Origin: Callorhinchus milii
Taxonomy: Eukaryota
Reading direction: 5' to 3'
Length of the DNA stretch: 64,000 nt
Assembly (NCBI RefSeq): GCF_018977255.1
Contig: NW_024704742.1
Location: 128,218,001 to 128,282,000, forward strand
Positions 37,121 to 50,570 of the stretch are shown piece by piece (within the stretch, counting starts at the first letter, position 1; every line of letters starts with the position of its first letter). The notes below the pieces were generated by a model, which was not told where the DNA came from, did no database searches, and worked only from the letters and a program-made list of their open reading frames with translations. A program made the position numbers and the translations under genes.

Positions 37121-37890
37121 AACAACAACAAGATTCCATTTGTAGAGCGCCTTTCACGTCAGGAGGACGTCCCAAGGCGCTGGACAGTTGGGTCGGGACC
37201 CGAGCAGGGAGGAAATGGTCAGGGTGAGGGGAGGGAAGGGAGGAAGCAAGGAGGAGGTAGAGAGTCGAGAGGGGAGCTGAAGGCACGGTCAAAGAGAAAG
37301 GTCTTGAGACCGGCCTTGAAGGAGGAAAGGGAGGAAGCAAGGCGAAGGCACTGAGGGATAGAGTTCCAGAGCCTAGGGGCTGAGAGGCTGAAGGCCCGGC
37401 CACCGATGGTAGGGCGGTTGGGGCGGGGGATGTGGAGCAGACCGGAGCCAGAGGAACGGAGGGTACGGGCAGGTAGGTAGGGGGATAGTAGGTTGGAGAG
37501 GTAGGAGGGAGCGAGGCCGTGAATGACCTTGTAGGTGAGGTGGAGGATCTTGAATTCGATCCTCTGGGGGATGGGGAGCCAGTGGAGGCGAGCGAGGGTG
37601 GGAGTGATGTGGTTGTGAAGCCTGGTGCGGGACAGTACACGAGCTGCAGTGTTCTGAATGACCTGCAGTGTGGAGGGAGGTGGCGGGAAGGCCGGCGAGG
37701 AGAGTGTTCCCATAGTCCAGCCTTGAGGTGATAAAGGCGTGGACCAGAGTTTCAGCAGCGTGAGGGGTGAGGTAGTGCCGTAGTCGGGCGATGTTCCGGA
37801 GGTGATGGAAGGCGGTGCCAGTTGTGGCGCGGATATGAGGGAGAAAGGACAGCTCACGGTCGACAGAGCACCGAGGTTCCTGACTGGCTT
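37121..37890 (-). mobile_element. Young L2 3' fragment inserted into a SINE
   Basis: Near-identical to 7288-8000 and 43541-43872. Flanked by a gagac duplication, with SINE halves on either side. Confidence 0.92.
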
Positions 37891-38439
37891 TGAGAGACGT
37901 CTCAAAGTGCTTCACAGAATATACTATAAAGTGAATTGACTGTATATTTTGTGTGTGAAACGCGGCAGCCGATTGCACACAGCAATGTCCCACAAACAGT
38001 CATGGATTGAGTGACCAAATAATATATTTTTTTGAAGAGATTATTATCCCTGGAAAAGCGATCTGCCAATCGCCTAACAACCAGATTCCCACTTACTGCT
38101 AATTAAACAGAGGCATGTGGAGAAAGGAAACTTGCCCAACATTTTGCCCTGCCTGGGAATTGAACATTATTTACAACAACAACAATTTGTATAGTGCCCT
38201 TCATGCAGGTAGCGACCCAGAGCGCGTTACATTGAGTGGATGTGAACCAATGCTCCACAAACCATCTCTCTTTACATGCCATAAAACTGAAGGAAAATAT
38301 GGCCCAGGTTCATAACCATGTGACTTCCATCTCTTTACCAGTTTATATTTTTTCTGAAAAAAAACGCCAACATGAAAATTGAGATTACTGAGTTAGTTCC
38401 AAAGTGTCTATATTTTAAGGTCCCCTGTCTTTTCAGAGT

Positions 38440-38725
38440 AAAAGCCAAGGTGATCCACATTGACCTTCCCATTAAATTAAAAAATAGATTTGGCCCACCA
38501 GATCATAAATCAAATATTTTAATCCCTGTACGATTCACCACTGTCAGAAAACTGATTTTTGCCATCTCTGCGAACATTTGTCTTTCCTTTTCCAGAAATA
38601 ATGAAAACTTCAATCATCCATCTAGCCCTGGTCAGTAAGTTAATCATTTTTTCTCTCAGTCTGCAACTTCCATGACAGCAAGCTGCCTTGCATGCTCATA
38701 GGCAGCTGTCTCATCAATCATCCAA
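38440..38725. promoter_or_regulatory. Candidate enhancer (Pbx-Hox/Meis motif cluster)
   Basis: TGATTTATGA (38503-38512, -), TGATTGATG (38712-38720, -) and TGACAG (38541-38546, - and 38673-38678, +) in non-repetitive sequence. Confidence 0.45.
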
Positions 38726-39379
38726 GAACTGGAAGGGGAGGATAGGGGATAGGGATGAACCCAAAAGAATGTCGTGTTCAAAGAGGAGGGATGTCTCCAC
38801 TAGCACAGTTGGATTTTGACCAAATCAACGTTGGCAATAAACGTTGCTATCTGTGCATTTAGTGATCAATGGGCACTTTGAAATGTCAAATGTTATAAAT
38901 AACACCACAAAGTTTGCCTCTACCCAAAAAACTTATCAGAAGACCTTCAGGGCACACTGAAAGTTGAACGTTTAATGTGATCTAAAAGGAATTGTATATA
39001 AAAAAAACCCTGATGGCCATTTTCTTTGATGTGATCTGTGCTTCTGTGACAAGACTGAAAGGCAACATTAGACTTGCAAATATTATTATTCTCAGGAAAT
39101 TGTTCCTACAAAATAGATTTTCATGTGCTCTCTTATCAGATTAACTTTGCTGATATTTCAGATTTTATTTTCTGATTTTCTTGAGCTGCAGGACATATCA
39201 TTAGCTGTGGCATTCTCAGTAAAAATTGGCATATGAGACATGTTCCTGATCCTCCAGTATACTGTGATTTTTGTGTTTCCCTTGATTGTCAGAATAAGGT
39301 TTTGTTTCAAGCACCAATATTTATTCTGATTGTATTATTCAGTGACCCTGAACTGCTTTTCCAGAACAGCCTTCCTTAC

Positions 39380-39593
39380 CTATTTTACCAGTTTCTTCCT
39401 GCTTTTCTAATCAACATGGTTTGTGTTTCAAATAAGGAGTAATATGATGATATGATTTGCCAGAATTTGGCAAATTCTTGAATTCATTCTTATCTTTGAA
39501 GTTGTTTTCTATGATTCGTAAAAGAACGTATTGCTTATGGAAAATCAGCTTCAACATTAATGCTTATGTCTGGATTCTGGACACTCTTAACTG
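39380..39593 (-). pseudogene. Pseudo-exon E
   Basis: ttttattctatttgttcag|...atag|gtaagg; 214 nt, phase 0->1. Reads QLRVSRIQT*ALMLKLIFHKQYVLLRIIENNFKDKNEFKNLPNSGKSYHHITPYLKHKPC*LEKQEETGKI. Confidence 0.7.
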
Positions 39594-40024
39594 CTGAACA
39601 AATAGAATAAAATCCAGATCCAGGTCAAATTTCTCTCCAATAGTTTTAAGCATTCTAAAATTTTAAATAAACTATTAAGAAAGTAGATATAAAATTAGAC
39701 TGAATAATAATAATAATCCTTGCATTTGATATAGCACTGTAATTAAGTGTCTTATCACATTAAAACAATATCTCAGGATATATTGTAAAGTGTAGTGACT
39801 GTGTATTTTGAACATGATTAATGTATGAATCCTCATACATTAATTACGTTCCTTCAAAAATAATTTCAAGTCTAATCTTCCAGGCATAAACTGGATTGTT
39901 TGCTGAATGCAGAAGGGCAATCCAGTCGATATATCTTTAAATATTTGCTTTCATATTAATTTTACTTTGATATCCACAGCCTGTCTGCAGTTTGTAATCA
40001 CAGATACCAGGAGTGATTTCTTAC

Positions 40025-40064
40025 CTGTTCTTTTCCATCACATTTCACAAGTTATTTTGAATTC
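40025..40064 (-). pseudogene. Pseudo-exon D (40 nt)
   Basis: tactag|...cag|gtaaga; phase 2->0 bridges exons C and E. Reads NSK*LVKCDGKEQ. Confidence 0.55.
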
Positions 40065-40419
40065 CTAGTACTCAAACATGAACAGCCACATACATTATCT
40101 GTACAACATCGAACATATTCAAGTTATACACAAACACACACACATATACACACACACACTTACTGATCACGTTCTAGCATGCTATAATCATGTCAATCAG
40201 TCTTGTGCAGTGAAATGTCTTTTGTCAGATCAGCTCAAAGGAAAGATGAAACACATATTTAACCTTCCTGATTCAGACACCAGCTTCTTGTCCATTTAGA
40301 TAAGATACACACATTGAAAGGAAGTGATGCAGGTTTCTTAATTAATTTGGAGAATGTCAGTAAACAGATTTCTCCAAAGTTCACGATTCCTTCGTAACAT
40401 TCTATTTGATCTTAGAAAA

Positions 40420-41600
40420 ACAACAACTTGCATTCAAAGAGTGCCCTTCACGTGAGGTAGTGTCCCAGAATGCTTGACAGTGGCGGAATCTGACCCTAAG
40501 CTAGGGTGAGAGGGAGATGGGAGGTGACCATCAGCATGATCAAAAAGGAAGGGATTGGGGAGGATGGAGGGCAGTGGGGGAAGAAGGGTGATCAAAAGCA
40601 CGCCGACAGGAGGGTCTTGAGATGGGTCTTGAAGGAGGGAGTGAGGTGGAAGGACTGCGGGATGGAGTTCCAGAGGGTGGAGGCAGTGTGGTAGAAGGCC
40701 TGCCTGCCAATGGTGGGGTGGGTGAGGCGGGACCTGAAGTAGGCCAGAGCCCACTGAGCAGAGGGAGCGGGCAAGATGGTAGGTGGTTAGGAGGTTACAG
40801 AGGTTGGGGGGAGCAAGTCCATGGAGGGTTTTGAAGGTAAGGACCAGGACCTTGAACTGTATCCTCTGTGTGATGGGAAGCCAGTGGAGGCGGGCGAGGA
40901 TGAGGGTCCTAGGGTCACGGAGTCTGGTGCAGGAGGTGACATGGGTTGTAGAGTTCTGGATGATCTGCAGCCTATGGAGGAAGGAGTTGGGGAGGCTGAC
41001 AAACAAGGAGTTTGTATACTCAAGTCTCGATGTTATGAATGAGTGTATGAGGGTTTTGGCGGCCTGCGGTGTGAGACAGTGGCAGAGTCGGGTGATGTTG
41101 TGGGGCAATGCAGAGCGGATCATGGCATGGATGTGGGGTAGAAAGGATAGTTGAGGGTCAAACATGACGCCAAGGTTCCAGACTGGCTTAGTAAGGTATA
41201 GTGTGCATCTATGGGTGTGAAGGCACTGACGGGAGCCAATCAGGAGGGCATGGGACACACAGGAGGCCGGAGCTAGCCGAACGGAGGCAGTGGGTGGTGG
41301 AGTGGGGGCTAAGCAGATCAGATAGATAGCCAGTTGTGAGGGCACAAAGGGATTTGAAAATGAGTGCGAAGATCTTGAAATTGATCTGTTCAGTAACTGG
41401 GAGCCAGTGGAGCCTGGCAAGGATTGGTGTGATGGGGCCACGGAGTTTTGTGTGGGTGAGTATCCAGGTGGCGGAGTTTTGAATTAATTGGATTTTGTGT
41501 ACGGTGGTGCTGGAGAGACCAGCGAGGTTTCGGCTGTGAGGTATGGACAGAGGCAGGCAATGTAATGGAGGTGGAAAAAAACGGTCCTGGTCAGGGAATG
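40420..41600 (-). mobile_element. Two nested or adjacent L2 3' fragments
   Basis: Two LHWLP...FK motifs (track ORFs 40434-41441 and 41209-41688); CAA tail at 40420. Confidence 0.88.
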
Positions 41601-42937
41601 GATGTGGATTGGTGTCAATCTTACACATGCACACCAATGCACCAAGATTTTTAAAATAATAAATAAGCATGTGCATTATGGATACCAAATGATTCCATTA
41701 AATGGGTTTTCTTTCCTTTACCCCTAGTAAAATCAAAGACTTCCTTGTCCTGCAACCTTGGAAATTAACTTTTGCTCATCTCTTTTTTCACTTCATGAAT
41801 AGTACATGAAAAGTACAACAATAACAACTTGCATTTATATAGCGTCCTTAACTCCAGACAGCATCTCGGAATGCTTGAGCACTACAAAGTAGTGTAGTTC
41901 TTACATAAGCTTTGAAATATCTTTTGATTTATCAGCAGAATGACGATTCCCCCAGATGAAATTGGTCATTCCCTTCATGACTGGTTGTGGGAAATTCCTG
42001 TGTGCAATTTGGCTGCCATGTTTGCCTACAACATACGCAGTTACTTCACTTCACAGTAAATCATGTGAAGCGATTTGAGTCATCATCCCAATGTGAAAAG
42101 TGTCACCTTATTATTGTTGAAAATCATTGGTTTACATCAGATTTGGCATATCAAACGCAAGGATTATTTTATTATTAATAACATTAATTTGTAAGATATA
42201 CAAAAAAAGTCTGACTATAAATATCAGAAGTGTGAGGAAAGGCTAGAGAAAAGTTTTGCTCTTCGGACTTTTTGTCGATTTTTCCAGCATTCCAGGATTA
42301 GAGTTTAATCCTTTTGTGATACCAAAATCGTTAAGAAAAAGGCTCTGATGTTGAAACAATGAAAACGACAATTAATGTACTATTGAATTATTTAAGGGTT
42401 CGATAAGATGGACAAAAATAAGCTGTTTCCATTTTGCAAGAAGGCATAAAGCGAACTACTAGCAGATCTAAAAGAGAGTTTTTCCTGGTCTCCTGCCAAC
42501 AATCCTTCAACTAAAATTACTGATTCACTTCATGGTTGTTTGTAGAACATTGCTGTGCATAAAATTGGCAGGCGTGTTCGCCTACAGAATACACGCTCAT
42601 TATACTTTACAGTATATTCTGCCTGAGCCTTCAGTTCCTACAACCCTAACCTCGGAAACTCCTTCCCTCTATTATTCTGTCTCACTCTCTCCCTTTCTGT
42701 CTTTTTTTATGTCCCACTTCAAATCCTACCTCTTTGACCATGCTTATGGCCCATCACAGTGCCCCGTCCTTGTAAAGAGTTCCGAGATATTGCCTTATGT
42801 GAAAGACTCGAGATAAATGCAAGTTGCTATTGCAGACTCCCCATGGCGTGTGCTCTATAAGCAAAATACTTTTTAATATCTTTTAACGGAGTCAACTTTT
42901 TTGCTTATTTATGTAGTGAATTCCATTGACGTGTGAT

Positions 42938-43515
42938 AACAAACAACAACTTGGATTTATATAGCGCCCTCCACGCCGGACGGCGTCTCACAGCGCTTTA
43001 CAGTAACAGATCCCGGGGCCGAGCCAGGGGGAGGGGGGGGAAGGTGACCAAAGGCGCGGTTGAAAAGAAAGGTCTTCAGCGGAGACCTGAAAATGGGAAG
43101 GGAGCGAGCGAGACGAAGGGAATGAGGAAGGCAGTTCCAGAGCCTTGGGCCATAGTGGCTGAAGGCACGGCCGCTGAGGGTGGAGCAGAGGACTCGGGGG
43201 ACGAGGCGGAGGCCAGACCCGGAGGAACGAAGGCAACGTGTGCTGTTTTGAGGAGATTGGAGATCAGAGAGGTAGGGGGGTGCAGAGGAGTGCAGGGACT
43301 TGAATACGAGGGTGAGGATCTTGAAGTCGATTCTCTCTGGGATAGGCAGCCAGTGCAGTCTGGCAAGGACTGGGGTGATCGGGGAGCGGTGTTTCATGCG
43401 GGTGAGAATGCGGGCGGCAGAGTTCTGAATGAGTTAGATTTTATGGATGGTAGTGGATGTGAGACCGGTGAGGACGGCGTTAGAGTATTTCAGCCGAGAG
43501 GTAACAAAGGCATGA
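42938..43515 (-). mobile_element. L2 3' fragment inside pseudo-exon C
   Basis: LARLHWLPIPERIDFKILTLVFK; CAA tail. Confidence 0.9.
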
Positions 43516-43540
43516 ATTAGCTGCATTTGCGTCACTTCAA

Positions 43541-43872
43541 ACAACAACAACACGATTCCATTTATAGAGCACCGTTCACGTCGGGAGGACGTCCCAAGGC
43601 GCTGGACAGTTGGGTCAGGACCCGAGCAGGGGGGAAATGGTCAGGGTGAGGGGAGGGAAGGGAGGGAGCGAGGAGGGGGTAGAGAGTCGAGAGGGGAGCT
43701 GAAGGCACGGTCAAAGAGAAAGGTCTTGAGACCGGCCTTGAAGGAGAAAAGGGAGGAAGCGGCGAAGGCACTGGGGGATAGAGTTCCAGAGCCTCGGGGC
43801 TGAGAGGCTGAGGCCCGGCCACTGATGGTAGGGCGGTTGGGGCGGGGGATGTGGAGCAGACCGGAGCCAGAC
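43541..43872 (-). mobile_element. Young L2 3' end inside pseudo-exon C
   Basis: Near-identical to 37121-37450; (CAA)n tail. Confidence 0.9.
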
Positions 43873-46800
43873 CACGACTGTTTGTGGGACACTGCTGTGC
43901 GCAATTGGCTGCCGCATTTCGCCCACAAATATGCAGTCAATTCACTTTACAGTCTATTCTGTGAAGCGCCTTGAGACATCTAGAAGATGTGAAAAGCGAT
44001 ATATCAAATGCAAGGATTATTATTATTATTATTATTTTTGTGTCGATTGGAGAGATCCTCGCTCTGTCTTCCAGCTCTCTCTCACATGCCACATTTTCCC
44101 TTTGTAACAGTTCAGTGTGCTGTTCCCTAAGGGGCTGTGTCTCAATAAGCATCTCTTCCATGTTATTCCGTATATCATGTTTTTGTCAGGAAGGACAAAT
44201 GAACTATATAATGCTTCACCTCACACCATAAAGCAAAACTAATTGTTTTGGTTTAACTATTGCATCTGTTTGCAATTTACAGGATATTACTGTATTATGT
44301 TCCATTAAGTATGCTTCATTTTGACAAAATATAGCTTTATTTAAGACTAGCGAGACGCTTTCATTTTCAGGTTGGCCTCTTGTGTCATTGACAACTCAAG
44401 TGACCAATTGAGCTCAATTTGCCACATTTATAAACTGAATTCGATACCCTAAGTACCTTAAGTTAGCTTCTGTTGTTTTTAAATTTGCAACCAGTGAACA
44501 AAACAGCCAGTCGATTCCAGGCCTAAGTTTGCTCACAAGTCTTTGTTTCAAACTTCTTTATCTCTTCGCAACTCACTATCTGTCAGGGAATTTTGCCAAA
44601 CACCAGAAGTCACAAACAGGAGATTGCAATTCATGCAACAAAGTCAGTTGATGGTACCACACATTAGAATTCAATTATCCTAAATTCAAACCTCCTTCCT
44701 TCCTTCCTCCCTTTGTTCCCTCCTTCCTCCATTCCCTCCTTACTTCCTTGGAATAATTGATCATACAAATTGATTCAGCACCAGCACAGATAGAATAAGC
44801 TAAATGTCCTCGTTAGGTGTGGTAAATGTTCTCCACGTCTGTTTCACCTTATGATTGCGATGAATACAAATTCATCTTACAAATGTTTTTTGAATCTAGT
44901 AAAAAGGCAATCACAACTTCCAGGAAACACCGTTTGTTTCACAAAGACAATTTCTGGGTGGCCGAGACAACGTAAATATTGCATTCAGTGCTTTAAAATT
45001 TTCAGGGGTTGTTTTGCAGAAATCCAGAAGAATAAAGTAAGTAGTTGTGAATGTTGGCTGTTGCTTTCCGAGCATATTTGTTGCAATTTCGTTGCAAAGG
45101 TGTTGCAAATGGCCTTGGCTGTCAGCCTTATCAATTTGCTTAAAGAATCTCTGAATTGCAAATAACTTGTGAGATAGCAGCATTGATTGCTTTGTCTGAT
45201 GTAGATAACATCTTATTTTTCAAAGCTCAAGATGTTTTCAGAGAGTGACAGAGAAAAGGTCAGCTGTCAGCAGAAGCCTTGTGCCTCGGGTTCCTTGACA
45301 AATGGGTCCCGTAGGTTAATTTGTGCTGCCCATACCTGAATGCAGAATCTTTAGCATTTGAACATCCACCTATTGTTGTTTTCACACTATAATCTTTAAT
45401 TTTCACTCACATATATTCTGTGAAGCGTTCTGAGACGTCTCAAAGATGTGATAAGGCGCTATAATAAATGCAAGGATTATTATTACTGTATTATATATAC
45501 ACTATATATTCTGCCGTTAATACAAAATTAATGCAACACTAATTGAAAATAGAAGGGAGTTCTATGTCCTGGCCAACAATTCCCCAAAATATAATTGGTC
45601 ATTCACTTAATGACTATTTATGGGACATTGCTGCCCACACATTAGCTGTTGTGTCTCCTAGAGTCTCAACACTTTACAGGAAAATCCCGTGAAGCACTTT
45701 GAGATGACCACCCGGTGTGAAAGGAACTATGTTTATTTTACTGCTGTAACTCCAATGCCAATTGTAGTGTCATGATTATCATCAATTTACTTACTGGGGC
45801 TATTCTAATAAATCAGGTAATCTCACAGATGACAAGCTAAAATGTAATATTTTGGCAAGAATTGACGAGTAAAACTTGCAACCCTGAGTTATTTGATAGT
45901 CTGCCCTCACCCCGCCCTTCAACTCATGCCCTCAACCATAATGTAACCTTAAGGTTTGTTCACGTAATTATATTAGAACCCCTGATAAATTGCCACCAAA
46001 TCCTCATTACAAACCGAGACAATATTGATTCAAGTCAAATGTCAGTCAGGCTTGAGAATAGAAGCCATGCGCGCTGCTGGAATGTTAACGTATTAATCAC
46101 TTTGCATTGATGATTCCACAAAACTGAGCTCAACAGACAGAAGAGAATTAACTATTTCAGTCCAGAGGTCTTCAGACAACTTGATATAATAATAATTAAT
46201 CCTTGCATTTCATATATGTTGCATGTGTCTAAAAAATACGGTCACTGCACTTCGCAGTAAATTCTGTGAAGCGCTTTGAGAAGTCTTGACAAAACACGGA
46301 ATCAACTGCAAGGATTAACAACAACAACTTTCATTTATATAGCATTCTTCAATTAGGATTCTTCACCTCTGGGAGCACTGTACATTGGTGCCCTTGGTCT
46401 CTGAGCAAGGGAGAGGAGGAGGTGACCACAGACGGGTTGGAAGAGGTAGGAGTTCAGGTGTGATTTGAAGAGCAATAAAGAAGAGGCAAGCTGGAGGGAT
46501 TGAGGAAGGGAGTTCCAGAGATTAATGACATAGTGACTGAAGGCATGGCCACCGATGATGGCATGGAGGGTTCAAAGCGATGAATAAGTAGGCCCATTTT
46601 ACCCGGGCAAAGGAGGTAGGCAGAGGAGTGGGGTATAACCAGGTCAGAGAGATAGAGAGGTGCTAGGGTATGAAGACATCAGTATGCATGGGAAGGATTT
46701 TAAAATTGATTATATCAAAGATAGAGAGCCAATGGAGCTGGGAGAGGATTGCGGTGATACAGGTGTGGATGATATTATTACAGTGCATTATCACATTGAA

Positions 46801-49800
46801 ACCACTCAAAGAGCTTCACAGAAATTACTGTTATGTGTAGCGACTATGTATTTTTAGGCAAGCACGTTATTCATTTGCCAATAGCAGTACAACAACAACT
46901 TGCACTTATATAGGGCCCTCCACTCCAGGCTGCGTCTCAGAGCTCTTAACAATGGTGGAGCCCAGGGCCGAAACACGCCACAAACAACCAGGAGATGAAT
47001 GGTCAATTCTAACTGGAGAATTTGTTGACTAGGACAAAAGGAGAAACTCCCTTCTTTTTAAAAAAATTGTCTCAAGATCTTTAGCATGCACCTGAACAGT
47101 ATAAGACTCATCTGAACCTCTGACTGTGAAGCAATTCCTCAACACTTTGCTATATTGTTAAATCAATTGAGTTTAGATCCCCAAATATCATTCTCAAGTT
47201 GTACAGTGTTCTGTTCAGACTGCACCTTAAATGCCATATCCATTTCCGGTCACTATGACACAAGGAGAGGAATGAGGATGATCCTCAGTGTTAGAGGACT
47301 TAGTCATTCTGTTCCTAATCCTTGCATTTTGATATAATGCTTTATCATGTCATTGAGATTTCTCAAAACGTTTCACACAATATATTTTAAGGTGGAATGA
47401 CTGTATTTTGTGGGAAAAACACGGCAGCCAATTGCACACACCAGTGTCCCACAAATAGTTGTGGATTGAGTGACCAAATTTTTTTTGAGAGATTATTACC
47501 CCTGCAAAGCAATCCGCCAATCGACTAACAAACAAGTTCCTACATAGTGCTAGGTAAACAGAGATGTGCGGAGTAAGGAAACTTGCCTAAAGTTTCACCC
47601 TGCCCATGAATCAAACCTGGGTCCTCTCGTTTGCAAGGCAAGCTCGCTAACCACTACGCTACGGGACTACTCTCAAGACTCTTCAGTTTTGAGAGAAGAT
47701 GACACAGAGTGGACTTCATAGAGGTGTACAAAATTTTAAATGTAATTGAAAACGTATATTCAAATCAATACTTTAGGATGTATCAAGACACTAGAATAAA
47801 AGGATATAGGTTTTGAGTCGTAAATGGTAATTTCAGGACAAACACCAGAAAGTTTTTCATTAAGCTGCTGGTAATCAATAACTCGAACTGGTTGCCAGGA
47901 AAGGTGATAGATGCCAGGACCCCAGAATCATTTAAAAAGCAGCTTTATGCAGTGGTAAACAGTGGGATGGGCATTTTGGAGGGATGAGATTGGGTGGGCC
48001 GAAAGGCTTTCTTCATCCAAACCAATCTTGTGATCTTATGAATGCTGCACTGGAGTATCAGCCTTGACTATTAGTTTAAAGTACCGATGAAGGTGCTGAA
48101 TCCACATCTTTCTGATCCACAGGAGCGTGTCAGAGCCAATCTGACACCTGTATGACATTGCCTTATCACAGGGATTGCTCACGTAGGAAACCAGGACAGA
48201 AAACATGAGCTAACAATGGAATGAGTAACTGGAGGGCATATACTTAACATAATTACCAAAAGAGAGCAAAGGGAAAGGTTAGGAAAAAATACTTTACACA
48301 GAGGCTTGTTAGGATGAGGAATATCTTACCTGGAGCCATTGTTGAGGTAGAATCCATATTAGTTTTTAAGAGTGAAAAACTGAAAAGGAGAAATGTAAAA
48401 GGGTATGTAGAGAAGGTAAGAGCCAGTACAGGCACTATAGCCAAATCGCAGTGCAGAAGAGAGCAATGAGGATGGTTCCCAGAGTTAGAGGAATGAGCTA
48501 TGAACAACGATTAGACAAGCTAGGGTAGTTCAGTCTTGACAGAAAATGATTCAGTTGGGACCTTATAGAAATTCATAACTTTTTGAAAAGAATTGAAAAA
48601 GTAAACCCAGAAAAATACTTGGGAATTCAGAGCATGTGTGAGTAGGGTGACTGCTGCGATAGCTATTGTCTCCTATTAATCATTTAAGCCACAATAAAAA
48701 CGTTAACTTGTAAAAGAATTATCTTGCTTTGGAACAACTGAAGTCAAGGAAATATTAAAAATTCAGTTCTGGAAGGTAAATTGCAATATGCAACTCTGAC
48801 TCAATTGGTATATATTTTGCTGCAGTGAGACCCATGTAATGTTTTTGTTCCGCACAAAAAAAAGTCTCACAGTCCTATTTACAACACCAACAAAAATAGT
48901 TTGCATTTATATAGTGCCCTTCATGCAGGTTGGTTTGCATTTTGAAGTCCTGTAGCTCAGTGGTTAGAGCACTCGCTTTGCAAGTGAGAGACCTGAGTTC
49001 AATTCCAGGCAGAGGGCGAAACCTTGGGCAAGTTTCCTTACTTCACATGCCTTATAATATTGGCTGCCTTGTTCGCCCACAAATATACAGTCAATTCACT
49101 TTGCAATGTGTTCTGTGAAGCGCTTTGGGACGTCCTCCTGACATGAAAAGCGCTATATCAAATGCAAGGATTATTGCATGATTTAATTGTTTTAATCGAA
49201 AGTTTTAATGTTTGAAACAATCATTTTGTTGTTGGTCTACTGAACTTCTAACATTGGTGTTCTCAACATCCTCTGCTTCTATTGACATGATATAATGACC
49301 ATGACCCTACCACATCCAACTGAGAACAATGCTGTGGTTGAACTCAATCTGCCCACTTTGTATTGTATTGATCTAAATTTTGGGGGATTCATAAGCAATT
49401 CTCTGCTTCAACATTTTTAAAAAAGTTTTTTTGTTCAATGTTCATTTTAAATAATGGGCTATTTGTGATGTGCCCCAAAATATTAATAGTTCTGCCATTG
49501 CCAACAACAGTTAAAGTATCACTCCTTTGAGCAAATGCCATGGAATCTTCCATTTCACATGGGCTAAATCTTCCTTTTATTCAAGATTCTTGTTAAGTTA
49601 CGTGTAGTAAACTAATGAAGGAAATAGAGAAACAGACAGTGTTGAGGTGGCAGAAGCCCCCATTGTCTTTCAGGTCAAGTGGACGATGTTAAAATGCAGG
49701 AGATGTATCATCTCAATTACCTGTTCAGATTGATCTCTCGGATACCTCCTAAAGCATTTGTTGGCTCTGTTAAGTGATTCGGACAAGTGTGAGACTAGAA

Positions 49801-50276
49801 TTTTATCCCAAAACTCCAATTAGGCAAAGAATGGGGAAGGATTTCAAATCTGACTCTGCTCCACAGTAAAAGTGTTGATTAGCAAATATCTGCCTTTCCG
49901 TCTTCAGTGGTTCTGGTTTTACAGTAGAGCTATTCAAGCCACAAATCTTTCTTTGAAAAATATTAGCTTATTCTAAATCATCCCAATGTACTAACCATGT
50001 TCCCAGGAGAATAGCTGGATGGTTTGGGCTTTCAAAAAGCAACAAGACTTATGAAAGGCTGTTACTCAATCACACTCAATGACACAGCGAGCAGTTTAAA
50101 CTGGGTGGTGACACATTGCATTGAAGAAGATGGTTTGAAAAAGGAACTAATTGCTATATGGAGGAGTAACTTCCCACTCCAATAAAATTACTCAGCCTGA
50201 CACAAACAAGTCAACAATAGATGACCTTTCTGTTCACCTTTAATCTTGATGAAAGTGGAGTCCTGTAGCTCAGTGG

Positions 50277-50570
50277 TTAGAGCACCTGCCTCACAAGCGA
50301 GAGCTTGGGTTCGATTCCCAGCAGGGCGAAACTTGGGCAAGTTTCCTTACTCCACAAGTCTGATAATAATCCCTTAAGAAAAAAAACAATAATAATTTGA
50401 TCACTTCAATCCACGACTGTTTGTGGGACACCGCTGTGCGCAATTAGCTGCTGCGTTTCGCCCACAGAAATGCTGTCAATTCACTTTACAGTATATTCTG
50501 TGAAGCATTTTGAGATGTCTAGATGACGTGAAAAGGGCTATATCAAATTCAAGGATTATTATTATTATTA
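50277..50570 (+). mobile_element. tRNA-derived SINE (same family)
   Basis: ggagtcctgtagctcagtggttagagc...ggttcgattccc head; (ATT)n tail. Confidence 0.9.

Larger units (their letters stand above)
42870..44183 (-). pseudogene. Pseudo-exon C, split into three pieces by TE insertions
   Basis: Pieces 44035-44183, 43516-43540 and 42870-42935 join in frame: KHDIRNNMEEMLIETQPLREQHTELLQRENVACERELEDRARISPIDTK-IEVTQMQL-ITRQWNSLHK*AKKLTPLKDIK. Donor is aa|gtattt; the acceptor AG appears mutated. Confidence 0.75.

Noticed and set aside
39380..39593. PH-domain-like reading (LIRKAGRNW*N) of exon E
   Set aside because: That frame has more stops and breaks phase continuity with exons D and F.
40434..41441. 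Longest ORF (335 aa) as a host gene
   Set aside because: It is a chimera of two L2 RT C-terminal fragments, partly out of frame.
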